This document shows positions 10,708 to 20,709 of a stretch of 64,000 nucleotides of DNA, piece after piece. Numbering within the stretch: the stretch's first letter is position 1; each line of letters opens with the position of its first letter. Made by a program: the position numbers and the translations under genes. The stretch comes from a bacterium (GTDB lineage: Bacteria > BMS3Abin14), in the NCBI GenBank assembly GCA_020350725.1, contig CP070719.1, forward strand, positions 1,579,404-1,643,403. The letters are read 5' to 3'. The notes beneath the pieces are model-generated. The model worked only from the letters and a program-made list of their open reading frames with translations. It was not told the origin of the DNA and searched no databases.

Positions 10708-10902
10708 GCCAGAATCCGGAAAGATAGTTTCCGGGCAACCGTTCCCAATCGGGGTACCGCCGAGAGTCGCGACTCCTCATGGCGCATTGGATAATGGACC
10801 CGTTCCGCCTCTTCGCCTTCGTCCCATTCCCGAGCTTGCTGAGGGATCGCTCCCCCGGCGGTTTTTACCGGCTCCCGGATGCCGGCTTCTGACTCCCGCT
10901 CT

Positions 10903-11196
10903 TCAGTCCTCTTCCTGCAGCCGTCGGCTTTCCGCCATGATCGTCTCGTATATCCGCACCAGGGCGTCCGTGTCCATTGGTCCCTCAGCTCCGGCGGCAA
11001 GTTTCCTTCTGATCTTGCCCTCCCGGGCGGGGTCCAGAATGGGCATGCCCAGCTCCCTCTTGACCTCACCGATCTCCTTGGCCAGGGTGGCTCTCTCCTG
11101 CAGAAGTTCGATGATCCTGGAGTCGATGTTGTCGATGAAGGACCTTATATTCACCAGACGAGGGTCCTGATCCTTGTTTTTCCGGTCGCTGCTCAT
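10903..11196 (-). CDS. Chorismate mutase (AroQ type II, stand-alone)
   Basis: IRSFIDNIDSRIIELLQERATLAKEIGEVK...ILDPARE...IMAESR; overlaps the nadB stop. Confidence 0.9.
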   Translation of the reverse strand: MSSDRKNKDQDPRLVNIRSFIDNIDSRIIELLQERATLAKEIGEVKRELGMPILDPAREGKIRRKLAAGAEGPMDTDALVRIYETIMAESRRLQEED

Positions 11197-12812
11197 ACGG
11201 CCTTCATATCTCTCCTGTTGATGATCGTGTCATGCCTGTAGACTTCATCCGCTTCGGGATAGTCGAGGGTGAAATGAAGCCCTCGACTTTCCTTCCTCGC
11301 CTGGGCGCATTGGACGATCAGGGAGGCTACAGTGACCAGGTTGCGCAGCTCGATGAGTTCCCTGGTGATCCTGAAATTCCAGTAATACTCCTCCACCTCC
11401 CTCTTGAGGAGTTCGATCCTGTTGATGGCCCTTTCCAGTCGCTTGTCGGATCGAACGATCCCCACATAGTTCCACATGGTTCTTCGGACCTCATCCCAGT
11501 TGTGGGAGATCACGACCATCTCGTCCGAGTCCACGGCGTCACCGGGGTCCCAGGACGGAATTTCCTCAAGGGGTTCCGTCATCATCCTGTCCCATGAGCG
11601 CTGCAGTGATGTGGCGATCCGGTCAGCCATGACGAGTGATTCAAGGAGAGAATTGCTTGCCAGGCGATTGGCACCATGAAGGCCCGTACAGGCGACCTCA
11701 CCGCACGCGTACAGTCCGGCAAGGGTGGATCGGCCCTCGAGGTCGGTAACCACACCACCGCACAGATAGTGGGCGGCGGGGACCACCGGAAGGGGATCTT
11801 TTGTCATGTCGAAACCGTACTGCAGGCACTCCTTGTAGATGTTGGGGAACCTCTCCATTATCTCTCTCGCCGGCTTATGGGTGATATCGAGGAGGACGAA
11901 TTCATCACCTCTTTTCTTGAGCTCGGAGTCGATAGCTCTGGCGACGATGTCACGTGGAGCGAGGTCCTTCATCGGGTGATAACCTCCCATAAAGGCGCGC
12001 CCGTCCACGGTCCTCAGGACCGCTCCCTCGCCCCGCACGGCCTCGCTGATGAGGAAGGACTTGGCCGCAGGATGGTACAGGCAGGTCGGATGGAACTGAA
12101 TAAACTCCATGTTGGCGATGTCGGCCCCTGACCGATAGGCCATGGCGATACCCGCCCCGGTCGCCACGTCGGGATTGCTCGTGTAGAGGTAGACTTTTCC
12201 GGCCCCGCCACTGGCGAGCACGACGGCCCTGGCGGACCAGGGGAGGACGTCACCACTCCTGGCGTCGTGGATATAACAACCGATGCACCGGTCCTGAGCC
12301 GGATCCGCGGGCAGCTTTCCGTTTCTCGTCCCGATGGTGACGAGGTTCAGGGCCGTGTGGTTCTCCAGGAGTTCTATCCTGTCGGACTGGAGGGCTGCTT
12401 TCAGGACGGTCCTCTGCACCTCTCTTCCCGTCATATCCTCCGCATGGACGATACGCCGGTGGGAGTGGCCTCCTTCCCTCCCCAGGTCGAGATCGCCATT
12501 GTCCGAGACGCTGAAATGGGCGCCGAGGTTGATCAGGTCCCTGATGGCGCTCGGCCCCTCCCGGACGATCGTCTCCACGGCCTCTTTCCTGCAGAGACCG
12601 GCACCAGCCGTCAGGGTGTCCCGGATGTGGTACTCGAATTTGTCGGCATCATCGAGAACGGTAGCGATCCCGCCCTGTGCCCGTGATGTGGAGGTGTCGT
12701 CGGCAGACTTCTTGGTGACCACCGCGACCCTGGCGAAGGCAGACAGCTTGATCGCCGCCATGAGGCCGGCGACGCCGCTGCCGATGACCAGGATGTCACA
12801 TGTTTTCGTCAT
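11193..12812 (-). CDS. nadB: L-aspartate oxidase
   Basis: GSGVAGL, AQGGIA, REGGHSHRRIVHA, EFIQFHPT, GLHGANRLASNSLLE, ESRGLH. Confidence 0.96.
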   Translation of the reverse strand: MTKTCDILVIGSGVAGLMAAIKLSAFARVAVVTKKSADDTSTSRAQGGIATVLDDADKFEYHIRDTLTAGAGLCRKEAVETIVREGPSAIRDLINLGAHFSVSDNGDLDLGREGGHSHRRIVHAEDMTGREVQRTVLKAALQSDRIELLENHTALNLVTIGTRNGKLPADPAQDRCIGCYIHDARSGDVLPWSARAVVLASGGAGKVYLYTSNPDVATGAGIAMAYRSGADIANMEFIQFHPTCLYHPAAKSFLISEAVRGEGAVLRTVDGRAFMGGYHPMKDLAPRDIVARAIDSELKKRGDEFVLLDITHKPAREIMERFPNIYKECLQYGFDMTKDPLPVVPAAHYLCGGVVTDLEGRSTLAGLYACGEVACTGLHGANRLASNSLLESLVMADRIATSLQRSWDRMMTEPLEEIPSWDPGDAVDSDEMVVISHNWDEVRRTMWNYVGIVRSDKRLERAINRIELLKREVEEYYWNFRITRELIELRNLVTVASLIVQCAQARKESRGLHFTLDYPEADEVYRHDTIINRRDMKAV

Positions 12813-13048
12813 GGATTATGGCCCGGATTCAGGATCTCTCCTGCCAAATTTCAGGTGCCAGGCGCCTGGTCCGGGGTATTACGCCCCCGAAACCTGGAAC
12901 TCGGGACAAGAGCACACTATCAGGCTAGCACATAAGATGCTGTCGGAAAAGGCGGACATGTCGAAAATACGACGCGCTATAGGCCTTGCGCCGACCTGAC
13001 CCTTCTGGTACAAAAATCTGATGACCAATTCTTTCCGGAGGTGGTTGC

Positions 13049-13900
13049 GTGTATAGTCTCCTTGGGGAATACATGGAACTCCCCATCCCGATGGAAGATA
13101 TCGTCAAAATCCACAGGGGTATGAATCAGGTGAAGGTGTCGGTGGGCGAGCGCATGTCCGAGCCCTCCGAGGTCTACATCGTTACCACCGAGGAAAAGGA
13201 GGGGGGCAAGCTCTCCACCTACGTGGTCTTTTACCTGGAAAAGCTTCGCAGGAGGATCGTCTACGGTTACGCCGATCTCCCCTTCGAACCCGACAGAAGA
13301 ATACAGGTGGAGGCGGAGGCCATCGAATTTGTCGAGGAGATGGGAGCCATTGTCGAGGACATCGCCTGGGAGAACCTGAGTGACAGGGATCGTTCCGACT
13401 GGTTGGCGAACCAGCCGCTGTATTCGTCCCCTGAGGAGGAGTCGGATCAACTGGAATATCTCTCCGAGGATGCCCTGATCCCGGACACGGAGGAAGAGGA
13501 GCATCGGGAGGAGGGTCCGGCCAGGCCTGGGGACCAGGAAGGGACGAGGGGCATCCTCGATGACTCAAGCGACAAAGTCGTCTTCGTCGAAGAGAAATTC
13601 GATGAGATGCTCCAGCAGGTCTTCCTCAATCAGCCTCAAGAGGGCAAGCGGGAAGCGGTTGATAGGGGGATCAGGAAGGCTCCTGCGGAGATCTCACCGG
13701 AGGAGGAAGGGCCGGGGGATGCCGATGGCCCCCCGACAGCTGGCGGGCCCCCGGATGCAGCGACCGCCGACGGAACCGCCGCCGGCCCGGACGGTCCGGA
13801 GATGGAAAGGAGAGGTTCGCCAGAGGAGGTGGCCCCCGGCGAGCCGTCCGTCCCGGATGAATCGAGGAGGAAAGTGCTTCGTTTTCTCTCCAAGATGTGA
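13049..13900 (+). CDS. Conserved hypothetical protein upstream of the Tgl/PilF-like gene; acidic disordered linker
   Basis: Globular N-terminal ~120 aa ending EAIEFVEEMG; long E/D/P/G-rich linker; short amphipathic C-terminus VLRFLSKM; RBS GGAGG. Confidence 0.7.
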   Translation: MYSLLGEYMELPIPMEDIVKIHRGMNQVKVSVGERMSEPSEVYIVTTEEKEGGKLSTYVVFYLEKLRRRIVYGYADLPFEPDRRIQVEAEAIEFVEEMGAIVEDIAWENLSDRDRSDWLANQPLYSSPEEESDQLEYLSEDALIPDTEEEEHREEGPARPGDQEGTRGILDDSSDKVVFVEEKFDEMLQQVFLNQPQEGKREAVDRGIRKAPAEISPEEEGPGDADGPPTAGGPPDAATADGTAAGPDGPEMERRGSPEEVAPGEPSVPDESRRKVLRFLSKM

Positions 13901-13910
13901 AGAGTACCTG

Positions 13911-14029
13911 GAGATCGGCCGTCAGAGGTCAGACGTCAGACATTTGGCGTCAGACATCAGAGATCAGACATTGGAGATTAGAGATTGGAGATTGGGGATT
14001 AGATAATAGAGGTCGGATATTGGAGATCA
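13911..14029 (+). repeat. Degenerate heptamer array, 17 in-phase units (GAGATYR-like)
   Basis: gagatcg gccgtca gaggtca gacgtca gacattt ggcgtca gacatca gagatca gacattg gagatta gagattg gagattg gggatta gataata gaggtcg gatattg gagatca. Confidence 0.9.
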
Positions 14030-14096
14030 GACAGTTGGATATCGGGGAAAGGGACCGGAGAGGCAGGAGAATTGATGCCGGATCAGGGGAATTGTC

Positions 14097-14873
14097 ATGA
14101 ACCTATGGAATAGATCGGTTTTTCGCTTCGCCTGTTCCTTTGTCCTCATCCTGACGGCGGCTTCCTGCGCCTCGACGAAGGACAGGGTATCGGATGCCGA
14201 ACGGGATGGGGAACTTTACTACGAGTTGGGGGTAAGAAATCTCGTCGAGGGCAACATTGAGAAGGCGTTCTTCGAGTTGGCAAAAGCAGAGCGCCTGAAG
14301 CCGAAGGACGCCAAAGTCCACTTCGCCCTGGGAACCGCCTACCTCTACAGGGGACAGGCCGAGATGGCTGTTGAGAGTTTCAGGAAGACCGTCAGGCTCG
14401 ATCCGGGCCACGCCGATGCCTACAACAACCTCGGTGCGGCTTACCTGATGCTCAAGCGGTGGGACGAGGCGATAGAGGCCTGCCAGAAGGCCCTCGACCA
14501 GCTCGGATATCGAACGCCGGAAAAGGCCCTGACGATCATGGGCTGGGCCCACTACAAAAAGGGTGAACCCGCGGAGGCCGTCAACCTCCTCAGGCGCGCC
14601 CTGTCGGTGTCACCGAAAGCCCCGGATCCTTCCAACAAGCTGGCCGAGATATACCTCGAACAGGGCAATATCCAAAAGGCGAAGCCGATCCTGCAGGAAC
14701 TGGTGAGGACGGTCCCTCAGTTCGCAAAGGCGAGGCTGAATATGGGCATCGTCTACTACAAGGAACGCGATTTTGTGGCGGCACGGGACGAGTTCCAGGC
14801 CGTTATCGAGCTCTCGGACAGGGATAGCGAGGATGCGCAGTTGGCCAGAGGTTATCTGGATCTGATCGAGTAG
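14097..14873 (+). CDS. TPR lipoprotein, type IV pilus pilotin PilF/PilW/Tgl-like
   Basis: Lipobox-like AASC; multiple TPRs (ADAYNNLGAAY, YRTPEKA); directly upstream of rodZ, matching the usual pilF-rodZ synteny. Confidence 0.8.
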   Translation: MNLWNRSVFRFACSFVLILTAASCASTKDRVSDAERDGELYYELGVRNLVEGNIEKAFFELAKAERLKPKDAKVHFALGTAYLYRGQAEMAVESFRKTVRLDPGHADAYNNLGAAYLMLKRWDEAIEACQKALDQLGYRTPEKALTIMGWAHYKKGEPAEAVNLLRRALSVSPKAPDPSNKLAEIYLEQGNIQKAKPILQELVRTVPQFAKARLNMGIVYYKERDFVAARDEFQAVIELSDRDSEDAQLARGYLDLIE

Positions 14874-15018
14874 GTTACCTCCGAAGAAGTACCCCGTCCA
14901 AGGCCCTCCATATCATTCCTCCGGCCTGTCCGACACCGAACAGATGGATCCTCTCACCCGGGGCGCGTGATCCCGGGGGCCGCTTTTCCCGGTCGGGCAG
15001 GCCGTGAGATCTGTGATA

Positions 15019-15759
15019 ATGGACGAGACGAACCTGACAGCGAACCATCTCGGAGAGCTTCTCCGACAGATGAGACAGAGGCAGGGTATCGACCTCCGTG
15101 ACCTGGCGGCGATGACAAAGATCAGCGTCCGCCATCTCACCGCTCTGGAGGAAGGGGATCTGGAAGGGATGCCCGGCACCTTCTTCGTCAGGGGTTTCGT
15201 CCGGAGCGTGTGTGCCGAGCTGCGCCAGGATCCCACGGAATGTCTGGAAATCCTCGACGTCCTGTTTCCCGAGGATGACGAGCCGGAGAGGAGCGTCGGT
15301 ACTGGTGCCGGACCCAGGAATGTGACCCTGCCTCTGACAGCTGCAGGGCTGGCTCTGCTCCTTCTTCTCGGAGGGGGGATCCTTCTCCTCAGCCGGGAAG
15401 ATCCCCGGTCAAAGCAGCCGGCCGCGATGGATGCCGGAGCGGCCGTCACCGGCGGGAAGGCAATCGGATCCGGCAGGGTCGAGCAGGATGCGGAAGAGAT
15501 CCCCGTCCCGGTGGACCTGAATCTTCTCATCAGAGCCATCGAGAGAACGTGGATGCGGATCCAGACCGATGAATCCGATTCCTGGGAGACAACAATGCGG
15601 CCGGGAGACGAGATCCGCCTGAGGGCAACAGAGAGCATTAATCTGCTCATCGGCAATGCCGGAGGGATCATTTTCGATCTCAACGGGAGACGGTTCGGGC
15701 CACCCGGGTCCCACGGGCAGGTCATCTCCAACTATGTCCTGACGCGGGACAACCTGTAG
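15019..15759 (+). CDS. rodZ: RodZ-like protein (HTH + TM + DUF4115-type domain)
   Basis: LGELLRQMRQRQG..LAAMTKIS..LTALEEG..PGTFFVRGFVR; single TM; C-terminal W-x-x-I...IGNAGGI...LNG. Confidence 0.85.
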   Translation: MDETNLTANHLGELLRQMRQRQGIDLRDLAAMTKISVRHLTALEEGDLEGMPGTFFVRGFVRSVCAELRQDPTECLEILDVLFPEDDEPERSVGTGAGPRNVTLPLTAAGLALLLLLGGGILLLSREDPRSKQPAAMDAGAAVTGGKAIGSGRVEQDAEEIPVPVDLNLLIRAIERTWMRIQTDESDSWETTMRPGDEIRLRATESINLLIGNAGGIIFDLNGRRFGPPGSHGQVISNYVLTRDNL

Positions 15760-15997
15760 GTGGAGATGGCATAAGGGAAATGGGAGATCGAAGTGGCGGA
15801 GTTCGAGATCGGACATCCGGAGCGGGAAACTGGAGATCAGAGAATAAAGTGTCCGTGACGCCACCTGTCACCACTTGGGTTTTCTGACCTCCCATTTCCA
15901 CTCTCCAATAGCCGGTTGCCGAACGATTGATCTCCACTGCCCATTTCCCGGCCCCCACGGGATGTCCGCCAGTGTCCCATTCCATTAAGGGAGCCCT

Positions 15998-18019
15998 ATG
16001 TCGCTGGAAAAGCTCAGAAATATAGGGATCATTGCCCATATCGACGCGGGTAAGACCACGACCACAGAGAGGATCCTCTACTATACGGGAAAGATCCACC
16101 GGATGGGCGAGGTGGATCTGGGATCGGCCCAGATGGACTGGATGACCCAGGAACAGGAGCGGGGGATAACCATAACATCGGCAGCGACCACCTGTCGGTG
16201 GCGGGATCACACCATCAACATTATCGACACGCCCGGCCACGTCGATTTTACCGCCGAGGTGGAGCGGGCCTTGAGGGTCCTGGACGGCTCCATCGTTGTC
16301 TTCTGCGCGGTCGCCGGTGTACAGCCCCAGTCCGAAAAAGTGTGGAGACAGGCCGATCAATACCATGTTCCAAGGATAGTATTCATTAATAAAATTGACA
16401 GGATAGTAGCAAATCCTAATACATCACTGGAGGAAATTGAAAGGAAATTGAATGCCCGTCCTCTCCCCATTCAGATGCCCGTAGGATTGGAATCCGATTT
16501 TTTGGGAGTCGTCGACCTCCTCACCATGCGTCTCGTTGCCTGGAGGGACGATGAGGGAGATGATCCGGATTACGGGGACATTCCCGAGTCGGTCATTGAC
16601 GAGGCGCGAAGATGGAGGGAATCCCTGGCGGAGATCCTTTCCGACGAAGACGACAGGATCATGGAACTCTTCCTCGACGGTCAGGAGGTCCCCGTGCATC
16701 TCATGCAGGAGGCGATCAGGAAGGGAACCCTCAGGAGAAGTTTTTACCCTGTTGTTTTCGGATCGGCCCTGAAGAAGAAGGGCATTCAACCCCTTCTGGA
16801 AGCCGTCGTCGACTATCTGCCCTCTCCCAGGGACCTGCCACCGGTCGTCGGTGTCTGGGCAGGAAAGAGGGAGGAGCGTGCCCTCAGCGAGGAGGATGCC
16901 TTCTGCTCGCTGCTCTTCAAGATCATGGCCTTCTCCGGAAGACCCAATCTTTTCTATCTGAGGGTTTACTCGGGCAGGGCCAAACTGGGGGATAAGATAT
17001 TCAACTCCCGGACAGGAAGGACCGAGCGGGTCATGAAGGTCCTGAGAATGCACGCCAACAGGCGCGAGGAGGTAAAGGAGATGGCGGCGGGTGATATCGT
17101 AGCCCTCGTCGGCATCAAGGACGCGAGGACGGGGGACACCTTCTGCGACCCGGGCCACCTCATCAGCCTCGAGGAACTCTTCTTCCCCGAACCGGTCATC
17201 TTCGTCTCCATCGAGCCCAAGAGCGCCAAAGATCAGGACAGGATGATGGAGGTTCTCACCCTGCTGGCCGAGGAGGACCCGACTTTCGGCGTCCGGATAG
17301 ATGACGAGACCGGACAGGTCATCCTCAGCGGTATGGGAGAACTCCATCTCGAGGTCCTCGTTGAGCGTCTGTTCTCCGACTTCAAGGTCCAGGGCCGGGT
17401 GGGGAGGCCGCAGGTCTCCTTCCGTGAGACGGTCACGAAGTCTGCGACTGTTCAGGAGTTGTTTTCCAGGGAGATAGCGGGAAAGGAGCATGAGGCTTCC
17501 GTGACCCTTTCCATCGAGCCCAAACCGGGCGGCGGGAAGGTTCAGTTCGTAAACCGGTGTCCCGACGGGAAGATCCCTCCTGAGTTCCTTTCCTGTATCG
17601 AACGGTCGGTCTATGAGGCTTCGACGAGCGGTGCGAAGGCCGGATACCCCGTGATCGACGTCGAGGTTATCCTGGTCGATGGTGTATACCATCCGGAGAA
17701 GGCCTCGGAGACGGCTTTCAGCGCTGCCGCCTCGGGAGCCCTGACGAAATGTCTCAGGGACGGCGCCCCCGTCCTCCTGGAGCCGGTCATGGCAGTCGAG
17801 GTCGAGACACCCGATGATTACACCGGCGAAGTTGTGGGCAGTCTCACGGTGAGGCGGGCGACCATCGCGGGAGTCAGAAGACAGGGGCAGATCGAGGTGG
17901 TCAAGGCCAAGGTCCCCCTCAGCGAGATGTTCGGTTACACCACTTCTCTCAGGTCCGTCACCCAGGGTCGCGGCACCTTTACCATGGAACTCTCTGAATA
18001 CCGCCGGGTGGAAGGCTGA
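15998..18019 (+). CDS. fusA: Elongation factor G paralogue (outside the str operon, divergent domain IV)
   Basis: [50 protein letters not shown]. Confidence 0.93.
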   Translation: MSLEKLRNIGIIAHIDAGKTTTTERILYYTGKIHRMGEVDLGSAQMDWMTQEQERGITITSAATTCRWRDHTINIIDTPGHVDFTAEVERALRVLDGSIVVFCAVAGVQPQSEKVWRQADQYHVPRIVFINKIDRIVANPNTSLEEIERKLNARPLPIQMPVGLESDFLGVVDLLTMRLVAWRDDEGDDPDYGDIPESVIDEARRWRESLAEILSDEDDRIMELFLDGQEVPVHLMQEAIRKGTLRRSFYPVVFGSALKKKGIQPLLEAVVDYLPSPRDLPPVVGVWAGKREERALSEEDAFCSLLFKIMAFSGRPNLFYLRVYSGRAKLGDKIFNSRTGRTERVMKVLRMHANRREEVKEMAAGDIVALVGIKDARTGDTFCDPGHLISLEELFFPEPVIFVSIEPKSAKDQDRMMEVLTLLAEEDPTFGVRIDDETGQVILSGMGELHLEVLVERLFSDFKVQGRVGRPQVSFRETVTKSATVQELFSREIAGKEHEASVTLSIEPKPGGGKVQFVNRCPDGKIPPEFLSCIERSVYEASTSGAKAGYPVIDVEVILVDGVYHPEKASETAFSAAASGALTKCLRDGAPVLLEPVMAVEVETPDDYTGEVVGSLTVRRATIAGVRRQGQIEVVKAKVPLSEMFGYTTSLRSVTQGRGTFTMELSEYRRVEG

Positions 18020-18834
18020 TGGGACCTCTGGTGATCTTTACCGATCTGGACGGGACTCTCCTCGACCACGAGAGCTACAGCTTCCGCATGGCCCTGCCGG
18101 CCCTGGATCTGCTCAAGCGCCGGAATGTGGCCGTTGTTCCCGTCAGCAGTAAAACCGCCTCTGAGATCCGCATGTGGATGAGACAACTACAGATCGAGGG
18201 TCCTTTTGTCTTCGAGAATGGAGGAGCGGTGGTGATCCCGCCGAATTATTTCCCTTTCCCGGTGGAGGGCAGTGTCGGGGCGAACGGAGAGGTGAGGGTC
18301 TCCCTCGGTCTGAGCATAGAGGGCGTGCGAAGAGCATTGGGGGAGATCGCGGGTGAACTGGGAATAGCGATCCGCGGGTTCGGCGTGATGACGACTCAGG
18401 AGATATCCGATCTCACCGGCCTCACGGGCCTGGAATTATCTTTCAGCATGATGAGGGAATACGACGAACCTTTTCTCATCGAGGGTGATCGTGGTGTCGA
18501 CCTCATCGGCGAGGCCGCGGCCGCCAGGGGCCTTTCCCTGGTGAGAGGCGGCCGTTTTTTCCACCTCTCGGGAGGGTGCGACAAGGGGAAGGCCGTGAAA
18601 GTTCTCGCCGAACTGTATTCGAGGATGGATCCCGATATCACATTCGTCGGGATCGGCGACAGCCAGAATGACGTGTCTGTCTTCGAAGCTGTCGACAGGT
18701 CTTTCGTGGTCCTCAGGCCGGACGGGACATTCGATCCCAGGATCCCCGAGGATGCTGCCGAGCGCGTGAAGGGCATCGGTCCTCAGGGGTGGAGGATGGC
18801 TGTGGAGGCGCTTTTCGCCGATGGGGGCTTTTGA
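18019..18834 (+). CDS. HAD-IIB hydrolase, mannosyl/glucosyl-3-phosphoglycerate phosphatase-like
   Basis: FTDLDGTLLD, SSKT, ENGG, REYDEPF, GGRFFH, DKGKAV, GDSQND. Confidence 0.85.
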   Translation: MGPLVIFTDLDGTLLDHESYSFRMALPALDLLKRRNVAVVPVSSKTASEIRMWMRQLQIEGPFVFENGGAVVIPPNYFPFPVEGSVGANGEVRVSLGLSIEGVRRALGEIAGELGIAIRGFGVMTTQEISDLTGLTGLELSFSMMREYDEPFLIEGDRGVDLIGEAAAARGLSLVRGGRFFHLSGGCDKGKAVKVLAELYSRMDPDITFVGIGDSQNDVSVFEAVDRSFVVLRPDGTFDPRIPEDAAERVKGIGPQGWRMAVEALFADGGF

Positions 18835-18859
18835 GCAGCGGCATCCCTGAGGGGGAATT

Positions 18860-19561
18860 GTGGCAGACGCGAGACATAACCTTTCTGTCCTTGAGAGCAG
18901 GATCCATTACACCTTTGAGGATCCCGCCTATCTGGAACAGGCCCTTACCCATCCCTCCGCGGTCAAGGAGGGCAGATCAAGGGGCCCCGACAACCAGAGG
19001 CTCGAGTTCCTCGGTGACGCGGTGCTGCAGTTGGTCATATCGGATCTCCTGATGCGCCACTTTCCGGATCAGGACCAGGGACATCTCAGCTTCATGAGGG
19101 CGGAGCTGGTGAGGAAGGAGCACCTTGCCGTCCTGGCGGACCGGTTGGGACTCATGGACTTCCTCCGCATTGGACCCGGCCTGGAGGCCGCAGAAAATGT
19201 CGCCTTCAAGTCCGTCACCGCTGACGCCCTGGAGGCCGTCCTGGGAGCCGTATTCCTTGATGGAGGGTGGGAATCTGCCCGGGCCGTGACCGAAAAGGTC
19301 GTAGGGGAACTGCCTGAGCCGGCCGAGGACATCAAGGGTCCCAAGTCGGTCCTCCAGGAGATCATCCAGAAAAGGTTCGAGGGCGACGTGCCCGAATACA
19401 GGGTCCGGGAGAACCCCGGCGACAGAGCGGAGAGAAGATTCCGGGCCATGGTATATCATAGGAAGAGGCTTCTCGGCTCAGGGGAGGGCAGGTCCAAAAA
19501 GAAAGCAGAAGAAGCCGCTGCCCAGGAGGCCCTGAACAGGATGCGGGGGGAAGGATCATGA
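18860..19561 (+). CDS. rnc: Ribonuclease III
   Basis: ALTHPS, NQRLEFLGDAVL, DALEAVLGAVFLD; dsRBD PKSVLQE...GEGRSKKKAEEAAA. Confidence 0.96.
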   Translation: MADARHNLSVLESRIHYTFEDPAYLEQALTHPSAVKEGRSRGPDNQRLEFLGDAVLQLVISDLLMRHFPDQDQGHLSFMRAELVRKEHLAVLADRLGLMDFLRIGPGLEAAENVAFKSVTADALEAVLGAVFLDGGWESARAVTEKVVGELPEPAEDIKGPKSVLQEIIQKRFEGDVPEYRVRENPGDRAERRFRAMVYHRKRLLGSGEGRSKKKAEEAAAQEALNRMRGEGS

Positions 19562-20448
19562 CAGGGTTTCGCTCAGGTTTCATCGGGATCCTCGGAAGGC
19601 CCAATGTGGGGAAATCCACTCTGCTGAACGCGCTCTGCGGGGAAAAGCTCGCCATCATCTCTTCCAAGCCGCAGACGACAAGAAACCGCATCCTCGGTGT
19701 CCTGCACCGGCGCGGGTCCCAGCTGGTTTTCCTCGATACGCCCGGGATGCACGAGCTCGATCGCGCCCTGAACAGATACATGCAGGGAGTGATCTCGAGC
19801 GTGATCCAAGACGTGGATGCTGCGGTCTACATGGTGGATCCCACGCGGGCTCACGGACGGGAGGATCGCATGGCCCTTCAAGCTCTGCCTTCAGCGGCCG
19901 GGAAACCCGTTCTTCTGGCTATCAATAAAGTGGACCGGGCCGGTGAGAGACTGGTCAGGGAGCGCATCGACCAGATCCTCGCCGAGTACGAATTCGACGG
20001 TGTCTTCAGCATCAGCGCCCTGAAAAAGATCGGACTTGAACCTTTGGTGGAAAGGCTCACGGAACTGGTTCCTGAAGGCGTTCCCTATTTCCCCGAGGAC
20101 ATGGTCACCGACCAGCCCCTGAGCTTCAGTCTCGGAGAGATCGTCAGGGAGAAGCTGTTCGAGGAGACCCAGGAGGAGATCCCCTACGCTACGGCCGTCG
20201 TTGTGGAGGATATCGCCACCCGGGAAGACGGGCTGGTCGAGGTGTCGGCTGTCATTTACGTAGAGAGGGAGACACAGAAGGGGATCATCATAGGAAAGGG
20301 CGGCCGGATGCTTCGGAAGGTCGGCTCAGCCGCCAGGGTGGAAATGGAGGAAAAGCTGTGCAAGAGGGTTTTTCTCGACCTCTGGGTCAAAGTCAAGAAG
20401 GGGTGGACGGACCGGGAGGGTCTTCTGAGGCAGCTGGGCTACCGATAG
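19558..20448 (+). CDS. era: GTPase Era
   Basis: GRPNVGKSTL, KPQTTR, DTPG, NKVD, SAL; KH domain QKGIIIGKGG. Confidence 0.97.
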   Translation: MTGFRSGFIGILGRPNVGKSTLLNALCGEKLAIISSKPQTTRNRILGVLHRRGSQLVFLDTPGMHELDRALNRYMQGVISSVIQDVDAAVYMVDPTRAHGREDRMALQALPSAAGKPVLLAINKVDRAGERLVRERIDQILAEYEFDGVFSISALKKIGLEPLVERLTELVPEGVPYFPEDMVTDQPLSFSLGEIVREKLFEETQEEIPYATAVVVEDIATREDGLVEVSAVIYVERETQKGIIIGKGGRMLRKVGSAARVEMEEKLCKRVFLDLWVKVKKGWTDREGLLRQLGYR

Positions 20449-20709
20449 GGAGCAGCTCCCGGTTCACATTACCCGGCTTCCAGTTTTGCGTTCCCGGTTG
20501 TCGGGATTGAAGATGACGGATCACCCATCGAGGTTCCTGATCACCGGTTTTTGGATCATAACGGCAGATGTTAAACTGATCACAGATCCCCGTACAGGGG
20601 TGATTTAACCTGACACCCAAACCTGCTATCATTAATCGATCCCGGGCTCTTTGTCCCCGGCACCCGGCTCTCGGCACAAGGTAGTTCAAACACCGAAAGG
20701 CGCAGACTG

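Noticed and set aside
13911..14029. Repeat arrays as CRISPR
   Set aside because: Units are 7 nt and contiguous, with no 25-45 nt repeat-spacer structure and no cas genes in the window.
20449..20709. Mg2+ (M-box) riboswitch upstream of mgtE
   Set aside because: I could not find the conserved M-box sequence blocks or a terminator; an Rfam scan would be needed to exclude it fully.
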